Shown here piece after piece: positions 1 through 10,025 of a stretch of DNA of 64,000 bases. Source of the stretch: Deltaproteobacteria bacterium (GTDB taxonomy: Bacteria; Myxococcota_A; Polyangia; Fen-1088); the NCBI GenBank assembly GCA_033763315.1, contig JANRKS010000002.1, positions 384,001-448,000 on the forward strand, given 5' to 3'. Within the stretch, counting starts at the first letter, position 1, and each line of letters opens with the position of its first letter. Below the pieces are notes generated by a model. That model saw nothing but the letters and a program-made list of their open reading frames with translations. It was not told the DNA's origin and searched no databases. A program made the position numbers and the translations under genes.

Positions 1-1286
1 AACATCAGCACCTCGGGCTTGGCCAGCAAAGCGCGCGCGATCAATACCTTCTGCTGATTTCCGCCCGACAGCTGCTTCACCGGCTGCGCAAGATCTGAGC
101 AGCGCAAGGTCAGGCGTTGCACCATCGCGGCACAGGCCGAAAGATCCGTCTTGGCCCAAGACATCCACGACAGCAGCGACCAAGGGAACGGCCGGAAGGG
201 TTTGGGCAAAAGCCCCAGCGTCATGTTGTCAGCCACGCCAGCGCTCAGCAACAGGCCCTGGCCTTTGCGATCTTCTGTTAGGTAGACGAGGCCGGCGTTG
301 GTTGTTTGTGTGGTGTTGCTCGCGGAAAGCTTCTGCGCGCCGGCCACGATTTTCCCCGTGCGACGCGGGTCGGCTCCGAAGATGGCGCGCAATGTTTCTG
401 TGCGTCCTGCGCCGATTTGACCCGCGAAACCGAAAATTTCGCCCTTGTACGCCGTGAACGCAACATCCGTTACCGCAGCCGTGGTTAACGCTTGCACCTG
501 TAAGCCGGCTTCGCGCGGAACGTCTGGGTTCACGCGCGCTGATAACGTGCCCAACGGCCGACCGATCATCAAGCGTATGGCCTCACGTGTGTCGAGCTCG
601 GCGGCTGGCCCCGTGTGCACAAGTTGCCCGTCGCGCAGCACAGACAAGCGATCACTGATGCGCTTGATCTCTTCGAGCCGGTGGGAAACATAAACCACGG
701 TGGTTCCTTCCCGCCGCAAGGCGCCGATGCGTTCGAATAACTTTTCAGTCTCGTGGGCGCTGAGCGACGCCGTGGGTTCGTCCAGCACCAACAACCGGCA
801 CGGCGTTGTTAAGGCTGAAGCGATCTCGATGGCTTGTTGTTGCCCCACACCCAGCGAGCCCGCAGGCTGTTCGGGATCCACATCTTGAAGGCCCACAGAC
901 GCAAGGAAGGGCCGTGCGCTTTTGGCCAAGGCTTTGGGCGACAGCAATCCCCAACGCTTGTGCGCACGCAGCGACGGCAAGAACACGTTTTCGGCCACGG
1001 ACAGCGTGCCGATGATGCTTAACTCCTGCTTGACCATGCGCAGCCCCAGCGCTTCCGCCGTGGCCTTCGAGGTGGGGGCGAAAGGCTGGCCTTGCAAAAA
1101 CAGTTGGCCAGCATCGGGCCGCACCACGCCGCACATGATCTTGCCCAGCGTGCTTTTGCCCGCGCCGTTTTCACCCAACAAGGCGTGCACTTCCCCTGCA
1201 CGCAGGCTTAGGTTCACGTCTTTCAATACCGGCGCGGCATACGCCTTGGCGATGTTCTCAAGCCGTAGTAGCGGTGTGTCACTCAT
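1..1286 (-). CDS. Sugar ABC transporter ATP-binding protein (RbsA/MglA-like), runs off the window start
   Basis: Not in the ORF track because it has no stop inside the window. Manual translation from ATG 1286 gives MSDTPLLRLENIAKAYAAPVLKDVNLSLRAGEVHALLGENGAGKST (Walker A), then LVLDEPTASL, and a second cassette LSGGNQQKVLIAR near the window start. Confidence 0.9.
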   Translation of the reverse strand, partial: MSDTPLLRLENIAKAYAAPVLKDVNLSLRAGEVHALLGENGAGKSTLGKIMCGVVRPDAGQLFLQGQPFAPTSKATAEALGLRMVKQELSIIGTLSVAENVFLPSLRAHKRWGLLSPKALAKSARPFLASVGLQDVDPEQPAGSLGVGQQQAIEIASALTTPCRLLVLDEPTASLSAHETEKLFERIGALRREGTTVVYVSHRLEEIKRISDRLSVLRDGQLVHTGPAAELDTREAIRLMIGRPLGTLSARVNPDVPREAGLQVQALTTAAVTDVAFTAYKGEIFGFAGQIGAGRTETLRAIFGADPRRTGKIVAGAQKLSASNTTQTTNAGLVYLTEDRKGQGLLLSAGVADNMTLGLLPKPFRPFPWSLLSWMSWAKTDLSACAAMVQRLTLRCSDLAQPVKQLSGGNQQKVLIARALLAKPEVLM

Positions 1287-2274
1287 GTGCGCTCGCTCCT
1301 GAAATCAAGGTTACGGGCGTCTCTTTGTCGGCCGGCGCTGCCTGTCCTTTGAGCATCAACAAAGCGTATTCGATGCCAAACACAGCCAGCTGATCACCGT
1401 GTTGATCCACCGTTGCGGCCACGTCGCCTCGTTTGACCAACGCCGACATCGCGCCAATGTTGTCAAAGCCTGCCACTTTGACGTCGTTGAGCCTGCCCGC
1501 CGCGCGCAAAGCCGATACGGCGCCCAAAGCCATCGTATCGTTTGCACAAAAGATGGCTTTGAGATCGGGATGGGCGGTGAGAAGGGCCGCGGTGATCTGG
1601 TTGGCTTTCGCCATATCCCAATTGCCGGCTTGGCTGCTCACCACCTGCAGCTTCGCGCTTGAAATTGCTTGGGCGAACCCCGCTTTGCGTTCGCGCGCGT
1701 TGGCAGCGGTGGGAATGCCTTCGATGATTGCCACCTTATCGCCTGCCTGCAGACTTTGTGTCACCACGCTTGCAGCAAGCGCCGCGCCCTTGAGGTTGCT
1801 TGGGCCCACGTAAGGCACGTGCATGTGCTTTTCCGCCAGCACGCCTTCATCGAGGCGGTTGTCTATGTTGACCACCACAACGCCGGCCGCCTGGGCCCGC
1901 TTGACCGCGCTGACCAGGGCCTTCGAATCCGCGGGCGCGAGCACCAAAGCATCCACACCTTGGGCGACCATCTGCCACACAAGATCGATCTGCTTGCCCA
2001 CGTCTTGCTCATCTTTGATGCCGTTGCTGATGAGCTCGTAGTCCTGGGCGTGGTGAAGCTGGTGTTCGCGCGCGCCAGCCTCCATGGTGCGGAAAAAATC
2101 GTTCGCCAGTGACTTCATCACCAGCGCCACGCGCGGGCGGGTGCGCTTGGGCGCCGCTTGGCAGCCAAGCAATGCGGTGAAGACCAAAGGCACAAACAAT
2201 AAGCGCCAGCAATCAGGTCTGTGTAATCGTTTACATTCCGAGGTAACGCCGTTGCGATGCATGGATGCCCTCAC
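1279..2274 (-). CDS. Sugar ABC transporter substrate-binding lipoprotein (RbsB-like)
   Basis: Lipobox LLGC; VALVMKSLANDFF, FCANDTMALGAV and VAGFDN are periplasmic-binding-protein type I motifs. The true start is probably downstream of 2274. Confidence 0.9.
   Translation of the reverse strand: MRASMHRNGVTSECKRLHRPDCWRLLFVPLVFTALLGCQAAPKRTRPRVALVMKSLANDFFRTMEAGAREHQLHHAQDYELISNGIKDEQDVGKQIDLVWQMVAQGVDALVLAPADSKALVSAVKRAQAAGVVVVNIDNRLDEGVLAEKHMHVPYVGPSNLKGAALAASVVTQSLQAGDKVAIIEGIPTAANARERKAGFAQAISSAKLQVVSSQAGNWDMAKANQITAALLTAHPDLKAIFCANDTMALGAVSALRAAGRLNDVKVAGFDNIGAMSALVKRGDVAATVDQHGDQLAVFGIEYALLMLKGQAAPADKETPVTLISGASAHE
2222..2235. promoter_or_regulatory. LacI-family operator (copy 2)
   Basis: TGTAATCGTTTACA, one mismatch from the perfect palindrome at 3387-3400, at the 5' end of the binding-protein gene. 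Confidence 0.75.
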
Positions 2275-2277
2275 GTG

Positions 2278-3378
2278 TCAGTTTTTCGGGCGCACAAGAT
2301 CGGTCGCGGCCGATTTGCCCGCGGCGATTGCGTTTTGCCCGGCGGGATCGCCTGCTTTGGCGCCGCAGGAAGCGCGCACCACAAGTTGCGTTTGCAGCCG
2401 CACACGTTCAAGCGCGCGATCAGGATCGCGCATGCGCTCCAACAACAATCTTGCCGCTGTGGCGCCTAGTTCGTAGGTGGGTTGTGACACGGCGGTCAAT
2501 GGTGGTGAAAGCGCGGCCGCCCACGGCATATCGTCGAAGCTCACCACCGCCACGTCTTCGGGAATGTGCAACCTTCGATCGTGTAACGCCCTTAACACGC
2601 CAAGCGCGATGAAGTCCGAAGCCGCAAAGATCGCTGTGGGCGGGTGGGGAAGCGACATCAGTTTGGTGGCCGCTTCGTAGCCGCCTTCTTGGCGAAACAC
2701 CACATGGTGGATGAGCGGCGCCTCATGCGGAAGCTTGGCTTCACGCAGAGCCAACGCATAACCCGCCAAACGTTCACGCGCCGTTGAGATCTTTTCTGGG
2801 CCGGTGACGATGCCGATTCGTGTGTGGCCGAGCGCGATTAGATGGCGAATCGCCGCGGCCGCGCCTTCTTCGTTCGCCACCGTCACGCTGTCACATTGCA
2901 AGTCCGCCACGAAGCGATCGATGGCCACAACCGGGATGCCGATCTCCAAGATCTCGGTGTAGGTTTTGGCCGCGTCGGCGCCCGGCACCACGATCAATCC
3001 ACCCACGCCTTCGGCACGCAGCAGGTCGAGGTATCCGCGCTCGCGTGCGGGGTTGTCGTCAGAGTTGCCCAGCAGCAACGTGTAATCGGTGGCTTGCAGC
3101 AGGTCTTCGATGCCGCGAATCACACCCGTGAAGAATGGGTTCTGAATGTTGGGGATCAGCACGCCCACGATGCGCGACTTTTGCGAGCGCAGGCTGCGGG
3201 CCACGCGGTTCGGGTGATACTTGAGCTGGCGAGCCACGGCCCTGACCCGCTCCGCCAGGTCGTCGCTCACCACGTTGACGCCGGAAAGCACGCGCGACAC
3301 AGTGGCCGTGGACACCTTGGCTTTGCGAGCCACGTCCCGTATAGTCACTTTCTGCGTCGCGTCGGGTTTGCGGGGCAT
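2278..3378 (-). CDS. LacI-family transcriptional regulator
   Basis: HTH VTIRDVARKAKVSTATVSRVL, hinge YHPNRVARSL, and PEDVAVVSFDD...LTAV. Start placed at ATG 3378 (MPRKP), 6 nt after a TACAAT -10 box. Confidence 0.95.
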   Translation of the reverse strand: MPRKPDATQKVTIRDVARKAKVSTATVSRVLSGVNVVSDDLAERVRAVARQLKYHPNRVARSLRSQKSRIVGVLIPNIQNPFFTGVIRGIEDLLQATDYTLLLGNSDDNPARERGYLDLLRAEGVGGLIVVPGADAAKTYTEILEIGIPVVAIDRFVADLQCDSVTVANEEGAAAAIRHLIALGHTRIGIVTGPEKISTARERLAGYALALREAKLPHEAPLIHHVVFRQEGGYEAATKLMSLPHPPTAIFAASDFIALGVLRALHDRRLHIPEDVAVVSFDDMPWAAALSPPLTAVSQPTYELGATAARLLLERMRDPDRALERVRLQTQLVVRASCGAKAGDPAGQNAIAAGKSAATDLVRPKN

Positions 3379-3386
3379 GAGAGCAT

Positions 3387-3400
3387 TGTAATCGATTACA
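3387..3400. promoter_or_regulatory. LacI-family operator (autoregulatory), overlapping the -10 box
   Basis: Perfect 14-bp palindrome TGTAATCGATTACA with central CG, immediately upstream of the lacI-type start. Confidence 0.8.
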
Positions 3401-3484
3401 GTGCGGTTTTCCACGCTCCGGTCTGTCTTTTTCATGCCCGCCCTGCTCTCTCGCCCACACGCGGCTTTCGACGCGCTGTTGCGG

Positions 3485-3500
3485 CGGCACGTGTTGTGCT
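3485..3500 (+). promoter_or_regulatory. Candidate sigma54 -24/-12 promoter for the Glt-like operon
   Basis: CGGCACGTGTTGTGCT has GG-N10-GC spacing and is close to the TGGCACG-N4-TTGCW consensus. Confidence 0.4.
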
Positions 3501-3627
3501 TTGATGGATCCGCCTTCGCGACGATTTCGCGGCGGATTCAAGGACTTACGTGGCCAAGCTGGACCTGCAAGACGCAACTAATGACGAGCGGCGTGACTCA
3601 AGTTACGCAACCAACGCGCCGAGTTAC

Positions 3628-5469
3628 ATGCGGATGCCGACCATGTCCCAGGGCAGCCCTCGGCGTCGGGGGAAAGCGAGCTTGTGCCTGTCGCTATTCT
3701 TGGCGATGAGCCTGGGTGCCAGCGTGGCCCGCGCGGCCCCTGTGGACGAGCCGCTGCCTTCGTATCTTGAGGCTTTGGAGAAAGCCGGCCGCCTGCCGGT
3801 GGAGACAGCGACGGCCGAGCGGTTGCGTGAGCAGGTGATCGAGGCCGAGGGCCTGCTGGCTCGTGGTGACGAGCGCGCGGCGACGGCCGTGTTGTTTGGT
3901 GTGGTTGAGGCGCCCCGCTTCGCTCCGCTGCGTGCGACGTTGACGTTCGCAAACGCTGAGTTCCTGTTGGGTCGGGCGCTGGCGCGTGGGCACGCTTATC
4001 AGGGGGCCACCCGCTACCTGCAGCGCGTGATGGCTCGGGGCGTGCGCGAGCCTTATTTTGTGCCCGCCTATCGCACGCTGGTGGATATGGCGCTGCAAAA
4101 TGGTCGCTTTGCTGAAACCTTGGCGGTGCTCGACGCCGCCGCGCCGGGCGCTTCCCTGCCCACTGACAGCGCCAACGAGCGCGCTTATCTCGCGGGCCGC
4201 GCGCATTGGGGGCAATGGCAAACCGCAGACGCGGCTTTCGCCATGGTGGGGGAGTCGTCTCGTCTTTACCCAGCGGCATTGTATTTTCGCGCGTTGATCG
4301 CGGTGGAGCGCGGTGACTATGCGCAGGCCAAAAATGCCTTTTGCAAAATCGCAGACCAAAAAGATCAAAGCAAAGTGACGTTCAACGTCGACGAACGCTT
4401 CTTTCGGCTCAAAGACATGGCGCGCGTGGCTTTGGGCCGCATCGCACACGAGCAGGGCAAGTATGACGAGGCTTACTACTATTACTTCTCAGTACCGGAA
4501 GAGTCCGAGCGTTTGAACGCGGCGCTGTTCGAGGCCTCGTGGTCCATGTCGCAACAGGGACAATTTGCGGCGGCGCGCGCGTTCGCCGACCAATTCGATC
4601 GTTTGTTTCCGGGCTCGCCCTTGCGGCCCGATGTGTCCTTGTTGCGCGCGAACCTCGCGGTTAAGACCTGCAACTTCGACGGCGCACGCGCTGAGGCCTC
4701 GGCATTGGTCGCGCGCTACCAGCCCGTGGCGGCGCTGGCCGCCAAGGTGCGGCAGGACGAAAGCGAACGCGAACGTTTGCTCAAGCGTGTGCTCGACGGC
4801 AATGATCGTCACAACCAAGACATTGAAGGCCAGTTGATCGAGGTCCTGAAACTGGATGACGAGTTCCGTGAACTCATCGGCATGTTGGCTGACCTCGAAG
4901 GCGATCTGTCCGAGGCACTGACGTCCGTGCGCACCTGGCGCGAATTGGGCGCCCTCACAAAGAAGAACAACAAGCAGCTGCCGGCACCCGCCTCGGTGGA
5001 GGCAGCCGCTGTGCTTGAGGATGCCAAACGCTTGATGGATGAGGCCAAGCGCGATCGTGCCTTTGTGAAGCCGCTGGCACAACTCATCCTTGATGCCACG
5101 GCCGCGGCTTATCCCACCGCCGACGCTGGTCCTTATGAACGTGAGGCCGCCCAGGCAAAAGAGCTGGCGGCCCAGCTGGCCGATCTGCGCGACGACACAT
5201 TGCAAACGTTGCGAACGATGGTGGTATCGGCGCTCGAAGAGGCGGACGATCGGCTGCGCGGCGTGCTGGCCAAAACCAAGCTCGTTCACATCGACGCTGT
5301 GGTGGGCAAAAAGAAGAAGCTTGAGATTCAAATTGGTGCGCTTGTGGAAGGCCGCATTCCGATCGAGCTGCTGCAGAAAATGCAGGCCGAAGGCACCATC
5401 GCCGATGACGAGATCTACTGGCCGTTCGAGGGCGAGCAGTGGGCGGACGAATACGAGAACTATCGATGA
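3628..5469 (+). CDS. Secreted TPR protein, GltC/NfsC-like
   Basis: Signal peptide ending ARA, TPR repeats, and a C-terminal EIYWPFEGEQWADE matching the GltC-type YWPFxGExWxDE motif. The ORF is open from 3550, so the start is uncertain. Confidence 0.75.
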   Translation: MRMPTMSQGSPRRRGKASLCLSLFLAMSLGASVARAAPVDEPLPSYLEALEKAGRLPVETATAERLREQVIEAEGLLARGDERAATAVLFGVVEAPRFAPLRATLTFANAEFLLGRALARGHAYQGATRYLQRVMARGVREPYFVPAYRTLVDMALQNGRFAETLAVLDAAAPGASLPTDSANERAYLAGRAHWGQWQTADAAFAMVGESSRLYPAALYFRALIAVERGDYAQAKNAFCKIADQKDQSKVTFNVDERFFRLKDMARVALGRIAHEQGKYDEAYYYYFSVPEESERLNAALFEASWSMSQQGQFAAARAFADQFDRLFPGSPLRPDVSLLRANLAVKTCNFDGARAEASALVARYQPVAALAAKVRQDESERERLLKRVLDGNDRHNQDIEGQLIEVLKLDDEFRELIGMLADLEGDLSEALTSVRTWRELGALTKKNNKQLPAPASVEAAAVLEDAKRLMDEAKRDRAFVKPLAQLILDATAAAYPTADAGPYEREAAQAKELAAQLADLRDDTLQTLRTMVVSALEEADDRLRGVLAKTKLVHIDAVVGKKKKLEIQIGALVEGRIPIELLQKMQAEGTIADDEIYWPFEGEQWADEYENYR

Positions 5470-8400
5470 AACGCCCGCTTTTCACCATGACTTTGGCCTT
5501 GGCGCTTTGCGCCCCAGGGGCTCACACGGTGCGCGCCGCACGCTCTGTGTCGCAGCCCGCGGAGCAAGCGGGCGCGGATGCCACCATCGCTGCGAAAGCC
5601 ACCAAGGCCCCGGCGCCTTTATCGCCCGAAGTGGAAGCGCTTATTAAGCAGAAGGAGAGCGAAGCGGCCACCGCACGCCGTGAGGGCATCGACCTGCTTG
5701 AAAGCTATCTGCGGGACGCGCGCGATCCCGACGAAACCGCGGAGGTGCTTTACAAGCTGGCCGAGTTGGCTTGGGAAGAAGCGCAAGCCCAGTATTTGGC
5801 GGCGATGGGGCGATACGAGGCCGCCGTGGAAGCGTGCCGTGCCGACCGTGACGTTTGCAAAAACGTACCTCGCCGCCGGCCACGGTTGGATCTCAGCCGC
5901 GCTCAAGGCACCTACGGTCGCTTGGTGCGGGAGTTTCCGAAGTTCCGAAAGATCGATACGGTTCTTTACCTCTACGCGTTTTCGCTGCGGGAACAAAACA
6001 AGAACGACGAAGCGATTGGGTACTTCCAAAAGATCTTGCGCGATTTTCCCGCGTCGCGGTTCCGCGCGGATTCTTGGATGGCGCTGGGCGAATATCGCTT
6101 TTACGAGCGGCAAGACTACAAAGGCGCGTTGGCGGCCTACAACAACGTCAATAAGTTTCCAGGTTCGCCGCTTTATGGGCTGAGCTTGTTCAAGGCGGCT
6201 TGGTGCCACTGGAAGTTGGGGCAATCTGATCTTGCCGCCGCGCGCTTCAAAGACGTGCTTGATCTAACGGAGTCTGCGAAGAACAAAGGTGAAAAGGCGC
6301 GCAAACAGGCCGCGGAGTTGCAGGACCAAGCGCTTGAATATTTGGTTGAGTTGTTCATTGAGGATGACACCAAGAGCGCGCAAGACGCTTTCAACTTCCT
6401 GGTGCAAATCGGCGGCAATGCGTATTCCGAACGCGTGCTGAAGCGCTTGGCCGACACCGTTTATGATCAAACGCGGTACGAGCGGGCTGCCGAGGCATAC
6501 CTATTCTTGTTGGGTTTGGCACCGTTGGGCAAAGATGCCCCGGATCACCAAATTCGCGTGGTGGAGTGTTTTCAGGCGTTGGGCAAAAACGATCGCGCCG
6601 CCGCCGAGATGCGCCGCCTGGCCACGCAATACGGGCCGAACTCGGAGTGGGCCAAAGCGAATGCCGATCATCCCAAGACGTTGGAACGCACCCGTGCTCG
6701 TGCAGAGGAGTTTGTGCGCACCCACGTCAAGCGGCTGCACGCGCTGGCGCAGCGGAACGAAAAGGAATCCAAGGTCGTGGACAAAGAGCTTTATGCCCAA
6801 GCGGCAGAAGGCTACGGCTTTTATCTGGAGCAATTTCCGGGCGCCAAAGACGCCGTGGAGCTGCGCTATTACCGCGCGGACATCCTTTTTTTCAAGCTGC
6901 AGCGCTACAAAGAAGCCGGCACCGATTATTTGAGCGTAGGCAAATCCAAACCAGTGGGGCCTCTGCACAAGGACGCCCTGCTGCAAGCCATGGGGTCGTT
7001 CGAGAAGTTGAGACCTCCGGCGCCAAAAACGCTGCAAGAGAAGCAAAAACGTAAAGTGACCGACGAAGATCGCAAGTTTGCCGAAGCGGCCGACGTTTAT
7101 GCCGAGATTCTGCCCGACGACAAAGACATCATTACGGTCATCTACAAGAACGGGCAGTTCTTCTATGACTACGGCGATTACGATGAAGCCACCAAGCGCT
7201 TTGGCCTCATTGTCGAGAAGTATCCCAATGATCCCAACGCGGGGGCGGCAGGGGATCGTCTGCTTGAATGCCTTGCGGAAGCGAAGGACTACAAAAACAT
7301 CGAGACTTGGGCGCGCCGCCTCAAACGCGCCAAAGCATTCGCTTCAAAGGACGACCAAAGGCGCTTGGATGGTTTGATCTTCGCGGCGCTTAACAAGCAA
7401 GCCGAAGAATTGGTGAAGGACAAGCCAGCGGAGGCGGCCGCGCTGTTTGAGCGGGTGGCGAAAGAATTGCCGGCACAGGAAGGTGCGGCGGTGGCGCTGT
7501 TCAATGCAGGCGCCGCCTACGAACAAGCGGGCCGCCCAGACGCGGCGGTGGGCGCGTATGAGGGTGTGGCCGAAAAGTTTCCGCAATCGCCGCGTGCGCC
7601 CGAGGCGTTGTTTGTTGCCGCCAAACTTGACGAAAGCATTGGCGACTATAGTGGCGCTGCAGGGTTGTATGAGCAGGTGGCCAAGCATTACCCGTCATGG
7701 AACAAGCATGCCGAGGCCACGCGCAACGCAGGTATCTTGCGGCAGACGTTGGGCCAATACGACAAAGCGGCAGCGCACTTTACGGCCTACGAGCAACAAC
7801 ATAAGGGCACCGCGGACGCCCACGACGTGGCCTTTGCCCGTGCAGCGATGTACGAGGACAAAAAGGATGCAAAGCAAGCGGTCAAAGCGTTCGGTGAATT
7901 CGCAACGGCTTACCCGAAAGACGAGCGTGTGGTCGAAGCGCTTGTGCGGCAGGGGCGTGGCCACATCGCTTTGAAGAACGAGAAGAAGGCGAAAGAGGCG
8001 CTTGACGAGGCCGTGGCTGTATTTAAGCGGCGCAAGCAACCCAAAGAGCAGGCGTTGTTTGCGGCGGAGGCGCGGTATCTCCATGGCGAGCTGCTGTTCA
8101 GGAACTATGAAGATGTGAAGATCGAGGGCGGGCCGCGGCAGTTGAGCAAAGCTTTGGAGCGCAAAGCGGCTTTGTTGGATGAGGCGAAAACCGTGTTCAT
8201 GGATGTGCTTTCCTATAAGGTGCCGGAGTGGGCGACGGCCGCGTTGCTGCGCATCGGGCAGGGCTATGGTTTGTTTGCCAAAGCCATTCGGAACACCAAG
8301 GTGCCCGCGTCGCTCAGCGCGGCGGAACAAGAGGTTTACCGCGAAGAGCTGGATAAGTTCGTGATCGTCATCGAAGACAAAGCTTTGGCCGCTTATCGTA

Positions 8401-8579
8401 CGGGCTACACCAAAGCGTTGGAGATTGGCGTCTACAACAGGCATACGCGCGCTTTGCGGCAGGCGTTGTCGGATCTAGATGGCACAGCCTTTCCGGCTGA
8501 GCCCGAAATCCGCTTGGGGCCACAGGTCAGTGAAACCACAGACGTGCCCGTGGTGATGCAGGAGATTCGACGTGATTAG
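5466..8579 (+). CDS. Large secreted TPR protein, GltD/AgmU-like
   Basis: Signal peptide, ~1040 aa of TPR repeats and a C-terminal EWATAALLRIG...IEDKALAAY...GVYN. ATGA overlap with the upstream gene. Confidence 0.8.
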   Translation: MKRPLFTMTLALALCAPGAHTVRAARSVSQPAEQAGADATIAAKATKAPAPLSPEVEALIKQKESEAATARREGIDLLESYLRDARDPDETAEVLYKLAELAWEEAQAQYLAAMGRYEAAVEACRADRDVCKNVPRRRPRLDLSRAQGTYGRLVREFPKFRKIDTVLYLYAFSLREQNKNDEAIGYFQKILRDFPASRFRADSWMALGEYRFYERQDYKGALAAYNNVNKFPGSPLYGLSLFKAAWCHWKLGQSDLAAARFKDVLDLTESAKNKGEKARKQAAELQDQALEYLVELFIEDDTKSAQDAFNFLVQIGGNAYSERVLKRLADTVYDQTRYERAAEAYLFLLGLAPLGKDAPDHQIRVVECFQALGKNDRAAAEMRRLATQYGPNSEWAKANADHPKTLERTRARAEEFVRTHVKRLHALAQRNEKESKVVDKELYAQAAEGYGFYLEQFPGAKDAVELRYYRADILFFKLQRYKEAGTDYLSVGKSKPVGPLHKDALLQAMGSFEKLRPPAPKTLQEKQKRKVTDEDRKFAEAADVYAEILPDDKDIITVIYKNGQFFYDYGDYDEATKRFGLIVEKYPNDPNAGAAGDRLLECLAEAKDYKNIETWARRLKRAKAFASKDDQRRLDGLIFAALNKQAEELVKDKPAEAAALFERVAKELPAQEGAAVALFNAGAAYEQAGRPDAAVGAYEGVAEKFPQSPRAPEALFVAAKLDESIGDYSGAAGLYEQVAKHYPSWNKHAEATRNAGILRQTLGQYDKAAAHFTAYEQQHKGTADAHDVAFARAAMYEDKKDAKQAVKAFGEFATAYPKDERVVEALVRQGRGHIALKNEKKAKEALDEAVAVFKRRKQPKEQALFAAEARYLHGELLFRNYEDVKIEGGPRQLSKALERKAALLDEAKTVFMDVLSYKVPEWATAALLRIGQGYGLFAKAIRNTKVPASLSAAEQEVYREELDKFVIVIEDKALAAYRTGYTKALEIGVYNRHTRALRQALSDLDGTAFPAEPEIRLGPQVSETTDVPVVMQEIRRD

Positions 8580-9678
8580 TCGCTTGCGAAAGAGCGTTTG
8601 TGTTGGCCTGCTGACCGCGTGGGTTGGCGCGTGCGGTGGCGGGCCACCCGTCAAGCCCGGTGGTGGCATCAAAGCCGCTGAAGTTCCGAACGCGGTGCCC
8701 GCCGCGCAATTGGCCTTCGAAGAGGGCATGCGGCAATTCGCCCTGGGGCCCAAGGGGTGGCCCGCGGCCAAAGAGTCGCTGGGCAAAGCCGTCAAGCAAG
8801 ACAAGAATCTGTACGAAGCCTGGCACAACATTGGCGTGATAGAGGGCAACCTTGGTGATTGGAGCGCCGCTGCGGAGGCGTTTGAAAGTGCCTTGGCGGT
8901 GCAACCGGCATCGCGGCCATCGTTGTTGGGGCTGGGACACGCGCTCGTCAAAACCGGCCGCGCGGACAAAGCACAGAAGGTCTACAAAGCTTGGCTGAAA
9001 GCCGACCCGACGGATCGGCAAGTGAGGTTTGCGTACGTGGCAGCGCTGCGCGACGGGGGCGAAGGGGCGCAAGCACTGGAAGAGGTGCGGGCGCTGTTGG
9101 CAAAAAACAGCCACGACGTCGAAGCCTTCAATGCGCTTGGCTTGGTTTACAAAAAGATGAAGCGTTGGGCGTTGGCCAACACGGCGTTTCGGCGCGCGCT
9201 GGAGCTTGATGCGAAGGCGGCTTATGTGTGGAACAACTTGGGGCTACTGGCGCTTGAGCAAGGCGACGACGTGGAAGCGTTTGCGGACTTTCGGAAGGCC
9301 ACAGAGATTGACAGTGGCTTCGTGGTGTCGCTGTTGAACCAGGCGGTGGTGTATTTGGACAGCGGCGCCTACGACAAAGCGTTATCGGCGCTCGAGCAAG
9401 CGGCCAAATCAAAGCCCGACAATCCCGACATACATGTAGCGATGGGTGTGGCCTTGCGGGGCCTCAAGCGGTTCGACGATGCCGTGACATCTTATAATCG
9501 CGCACTGGACCTACATCCAGACTACCCTCCGGCGCTCTATAATTTGGGCGTCCTTTACATGGACCACAAGGAAGACCCACCCAAAGCGAAAACGGCGTTG
9601 GTTCAGTTTGCCAAAGTGGCGCCTGCAAAAGACCCCAAACGTGAAGACGTGAAGATGCGTTTAAGGATGCTCAAGTGA
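8572..9678 (+). CDS. TPR lipoprotein, GltE/AglT-like
   Basis: Lipobox VGAC, tandem TPRs (WNNLG, LYNLGVLY) and position directly after the GltD-like gene. Confidence 0.75.
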   Translation: MISRLRKSVCVGLLTAWVGACGGGPPVKPGGGIKAAEVPNAVPAAQLAFEEGMRQFALGPKGWPAAKESLGKAVKQDKNLYEAWHNIGVIEGNLGDWSAAAEAFESALAVQPASRPSLLGLGHALVKTGRADKAQKVYKAWLKADPTDRQVRFAYVAALRDGGEGAQALEEVRALLAKNSHDVEAFNALGLVYKKMKRWALANTAFRRALELDAKAAYVWNNLGLLALEQGDDVEAFADFRKATEIDSGFVVSLLNQAVVYLDSGAYDKALSALEQAAKSKPDNPDIHVAMGVALRGLKRFDDAVTSYNRALDLHPDYPPALYNLGVLYMDHKEDPPKAKTALVQFAKVAPAKDPKREDVKMRLRMLK

Positions 9679-10025
9679 AGGCGGCAATCATCTGTTTCGT
9701 GTTGGTCGTGGGCCTGTTGTCAGCGGGCCACGGCGCCGTTGCGGCAGACAAAGCCAACAAGAGCGCGCCTGGCGCTGCCAAGGCAGACGCCAAACGAGCG
9801 GAGCCTCAGGCAGCGGGTGCCGACGATGGTGGCGAGACGACGAAGGTGGAGGGCAAGAAGGCCAAGGTCTTGACCTTTGGTGCGATGGACGTCGAAGGCA
9901 AGATGCGTACGCCGCAGTTGTTGTTCTTCGTAGGCCGCGTGAAGGCTGAACTTGATTCAACCTCGCAACTCAAACGTTCGTTCATCAAAGAGTTGAAGGC
10001 AACGTCGAAGGAGAAAGGCCTTTGA
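9675..10025 (+). CDS. Small secreted protein, GltF/CglF-like
   Basis: Signal peptide; LTFGAMDVEGKMRTPQ...KRSFIKEL resembles the GltF F..(D)..(V/I)EG...P...R.F..EL pattern; lies between the gltE- and gltG-like genes. Confidence 0.7.
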   Translation: MKAAIICFVLVVGLLSAGHGAVAADKANKSAPGAAKADAKRAEPQAAGADDGGETTKVEGKKAKVLTFGAMDVEGKMRTPQLLFFVGRVKAELDSTSQLKRSFIKELKATSKEKGL

